DNA from: Mustelus asterias
Lineage: Eukaryota
Assembly (NCBI RefSeq): GCF_964213995.1
Contig: NC_135804.1
Location: forward strand, 89,280,001-89,344,000
DNA: 64,000 nucleotides
Reading direction: 5' to 3'
Made by a program: the position numbers and the translations under genes. Within the stretch, counting starts at the first letter, position 1. Every line of letters begins with the position of its first letter. The notes beneath the pieces were generated by a model that searched no databases, had not been told where the DNA came from, and saw only the letters and a list, made by a program, of their open reading frames with translations. Below, one piece after another: positions 60,605-64,000 of the stretch.

Positions 60605-62172
60605 CTAAAACTGAACATGGTGGCCTCTTTCTCTGCTGTAACGTCCTAAATGATTCTACATGTGGGTTTCTTGCAGTGGGATATTTTCATTAGCGGTGTT
60701 TCAGGAAATTACAACAAACAGTCAGCCATATTTTTTATATTAACCTGAACATTTGAGTATCAGCAGACTATTCAGCCACAGAGAACATGACAGTAAAATG
60801 TCCCATCCTTAGCTGACTTCCAAAATCACGCATTTCCCAACAACTTAATTCCTGGCTGAAATTGAGCGGGGTGTGAGAGGGTGATCTAGGGAGTTGGTGG
60901 CAGGCTGGGAACATATGTATTTTAATTTAGTCATAAATGCGTTCCTGCCTGATTCTCGCCTGCCACTATTTCAACTGAGCCCTTTATTTTTTGGACAGCC
61001 AAGGTGCCTGTCTGCTTCAGACAGAAGCCTCATTAATATACAATGCCGTTAGGACTCTCAATGGTATTTTACTGTCTACCAAACTGTATGTTGCACTTTC
61101 ATTAATACCTGGAAAGGAAGAAGGGGTGGTCCTCCAAGGTAAGTCAAGAAGTGTCCTTAGTAAGGCCAGGAGGAGGGGGAGTGTGTCCTTCTGATCCTGT
61201 GCTGACCCGAGATACAATACCACACTCCCCACCACTTACCACCCACATAACAGTCTTAATGATTTCTCTTCAAGGCACCCACACTCCACTGCCTTCATTG
61301 CCCTCAGGGCACTTGAACTTTGACCTATCGAATGCCAGACTCTACCCTCTTTCTGTCCACTTCATTCAGACAGTTGGCTGGCAAGATGCAAATGGAGCCT
61401 GAGTTAAAATGTCCTAGACATCACATCAATTATGCTGGAAGGGTTTGATGCCTATTCTATATTCTGCCTGCCTGAAACTTGCTGTGCATGGTGCATTGAT
61501 CTTGTTTTATTTTCATCAAAAAGCCAGTTACTGAACAATAATGTCGGAATAAATGGGTCATTTTCAGCTTTGCAACAAATCTGAACAAGCTGGTCCAGCA
61601 AGCTGCTGAGTTAAACACTTTGTGACATCTTTGAACATGCATAGGGCAAAACAAATACAACCAAAGCGGTAAAAAAACAATCAAGGTGCAGTAGGTTTGG
61701 AAACCCCAAACATTTTAAGGAACACATAATCAGTATATCAAAAGCAGCTTTCCAAATCTTTCTCTTTCTCTACATTTAGTGCCTTCATTGCATCGTCTTT
61801 AGAATGGTACCACAGAGAAGGTGTTTACCTCCCAGTGGCTGCTGGAAATCCTGCTCGATCATTATCTTATAGGAGCTACAATTTCTGCAGGTCATTTGAA
61901 CAATCTCGGGGGGTGGGGGTGTGGATAGGGGGGATATGTTTGTGCATATGGGGGGATTTTCTCTTTATATTTTCTCCATCTCTCTCTCAGCCTAGATGAT
62001 GCCCATATTCTGCACCGTGGGTCACTGGACAATAGAGAAAAGCCAGAACTGTGTCTGATTTGGTCCTTTCTATGTAGTGCCTTACGCAACACCAGCAGAG
62101 GTTAGATAACTCAAACTGTTTCTCCCCTGAAGTTGAACACCATACTGGAGTCCAGCTGAGAACTGAAGAAAA

Positions 62173-62768
62173 TCATAGAAACATAGAAAATAGAAGCAGG
62201 AGTAGGCCATTTGGCCCTTCGAACCTGCTCCGCCATTGATTATGATCATGGCTGATCATCAAAATCAATATTCTGGTCCCCTCCTTCCTCCCAAATCCCT
62301 TGATTCCTTCAACCCCAAGAGCTATATCTAATTTCTTCTTGAAATCAGACAACGTTTTGGCCTCAACTACATTCTGTGATAGTGAGTTCCACACATTCAC
62401 CACCCTCTGGGTGAAGAAATTTCTCCTCACCTCAGTTCTAAAACGTTGACTCCTCATTCTCAAACTATGACCCCTAGTTCTGGACTCTCCCACCATTGGG
62501 AACATTCTTTATGAATCCACCCTGTCTAACCCTGTTAGAATTTTATAAGCTTCTATGAGATTCCCTCCCATTCTTCTAAACTCCAATGAATACAATCCTA
62601 ACCGACTTAATCTCTCCTCATATGATAGATCTGCCATCCCAGGAATCATCCTGGTGAACCTTTGCTGTACTCCCTCTATAACAAGGACATCCTTCCTCAG
62701 ATAAGGACACAAAAACTGCACACAATACTCCAGGTGTGGCCTCACCAACGCCCTATACAATTGCAGTA
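62173..62768 (-). mobile_element. 5'-truncated CR1 LINE
   Basis: YRALVRPHLEYCVQF, SRTRGHSL, NFFTQRVV; catagaaa tail. Confidence 0.93.
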
Positions 62769-64000
62769 AAAGACAGAAATGTGAATCTGAATGTCAGGAT
62801 CCAAACTCATGACCATCTGGTATTCAAAATTAAACATTAAAGGCTTTCAGCTACCTTTATTACTTCAGTTTTTTAAAAAGAAATAGATACATAGAACATT
62901 GGTTCTCTTATTAAATAATCTTTATGATCTTCTTTTCCTTAAATAAAAATATCATAATATTAGCATTGTCCATCATTATTGGCCCAGATATTTGGAGGGT
63001 ATACTTGATGAACTGTCAGCGTTCTCTATTATTCACCCTCTGAAATGGATCACAACTTCAGAACGTTAGGTATGCCGATATCAGCACTGAATTCCTGAAG
63101 TTGCTGCTAGCACTCGATCCCTCAGTGAGATTTACTTTGTGGTCAGCAACAAGCATCCTTGCTTTGCCTTGGAGCACAACCTCTGGGCCCAGGTTTTTTG
63201 ATGCTCGTACGTTCTTGTTATCTGCCACAAGTGCTGAAATTGCTGATTCTGTGGCCGGTATTTTCATGTTGTCTGAGCAGTTGGCGCCCGTCATCCAGAG
63301 AGTCAGCGGGGATCCGACAGGCCCCATGGCCATTTCACACTCAAATCAGCATTGATTAGCAGCAGAAGGGGTTTCTGTTCCACCTCGAAGAGCTATCGAC
63401 CAATCAGATTGGCCGACAGCTCTCCAAGCCCATCCAGACACAGGTGGCCAGAAGAGATGCCACAGTGCCACGCCTGAGATGAAGTCCCAGGAACTGCAGT
63501 AATGGTGAGTAGCAGGGTTCCCAAGTGGAGAGAGGGTAGGGCATACACTGGAGGGTTATTTTGCTGTTGAAGAGGTAGGTGGGAGGAGGTCAGGAGGGTC
63601 GGAGGTCTACGGTTCATGAGGGTAGGATGCCCCCCCAGTCTGAAGGGGGTCCTCTGATGGGACCTATCACATTCCCACTGAGATCGAGGTTGAGAACATT
63701 TTCTGTTTCAAACACTCAGTCATTGGGCACCCGCCAGCCTGAAAATTGAAGCTAGGCGGGAACAGGCCCTGAAGTGGCCAATAAGTGGCCACAAGGGTCT
63801 GAATTGGAGAACGCACGGGCTTCCCTTTGGAGGCCCTGCCTGCCGCACTGTAAAACCATGTCCGGGTCAGGATGGGCAAGATCCCTGGGATCCCAGAGTG
63901 AATCCCGTCCATGCTATTTTACACTGCAAATTCATGGTTTTGCTCTTGTCCTTTTGAAAATAATGAAGCCTTTTGAAGATGGAAAGTGTCCTGTGCTCCT

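Noticed and set aside
25000-64000. Exons of a downstream neighbour gene (THOC2 in tetrapods)
   Set aside because: No recognisable coding exons by eye or in the ORF track; short exons could be missed.
1-64000. CRISPR arrays or prokaryotic operons/defence systems
   Set aside because: Eukaryotic intron/repeat landscape; the short tandem units (atagaac, ttatgttc, ctatgact) are CR1 3' microsatellite tails.

Overview
Repeat-rich vertebrate genomic DNA, almost certainly from a cartilaginous fish (shark-type V-SINE/HE1-like SINEs, abundant CR1 LINEs, Penelope and Rex1 elements). The only host gene is the 3' end of an AMPA-type glutamate receptor on the + strand, best matching GRIA3/GluA3. It comprises the M4/short-tail exon (10774-11021, ending -ESVKI), a 12.4-kb last intron, and a terminal exon from 23450 with a 3' UTR to about 24800. 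There are two main discoveries. (1) This GRIA3 appears to keep an intact, spliceable long C-terminal tail: an internal donor at 10908/10909 joins in frame to a 54-aa GluA2L/GluA4-like tail at 23450-23614, an isoform I do not know from mammalian GluA3. (2) A Penelope-like retroelement just downstream (25343-28534) carries a sharply bounded ~715-nt block of massive sense-strand A-to-G hypermutation, consistent with ADAR hyper-editing fixed into the genome by reverse transcription. The window also holds five minimal hammerhead ribozyme motifs in Penelope ends, a candidate 27-nt in-frame microexon upstream of M4, SINEs with swapped LINE-derived tails, Harbinger-type MITEs with transposase remnants, and many nested insertions. 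There is a ~200-N assembly gap at 9653-9853. All family assignments come from motif recognition by eye; no database search was run.
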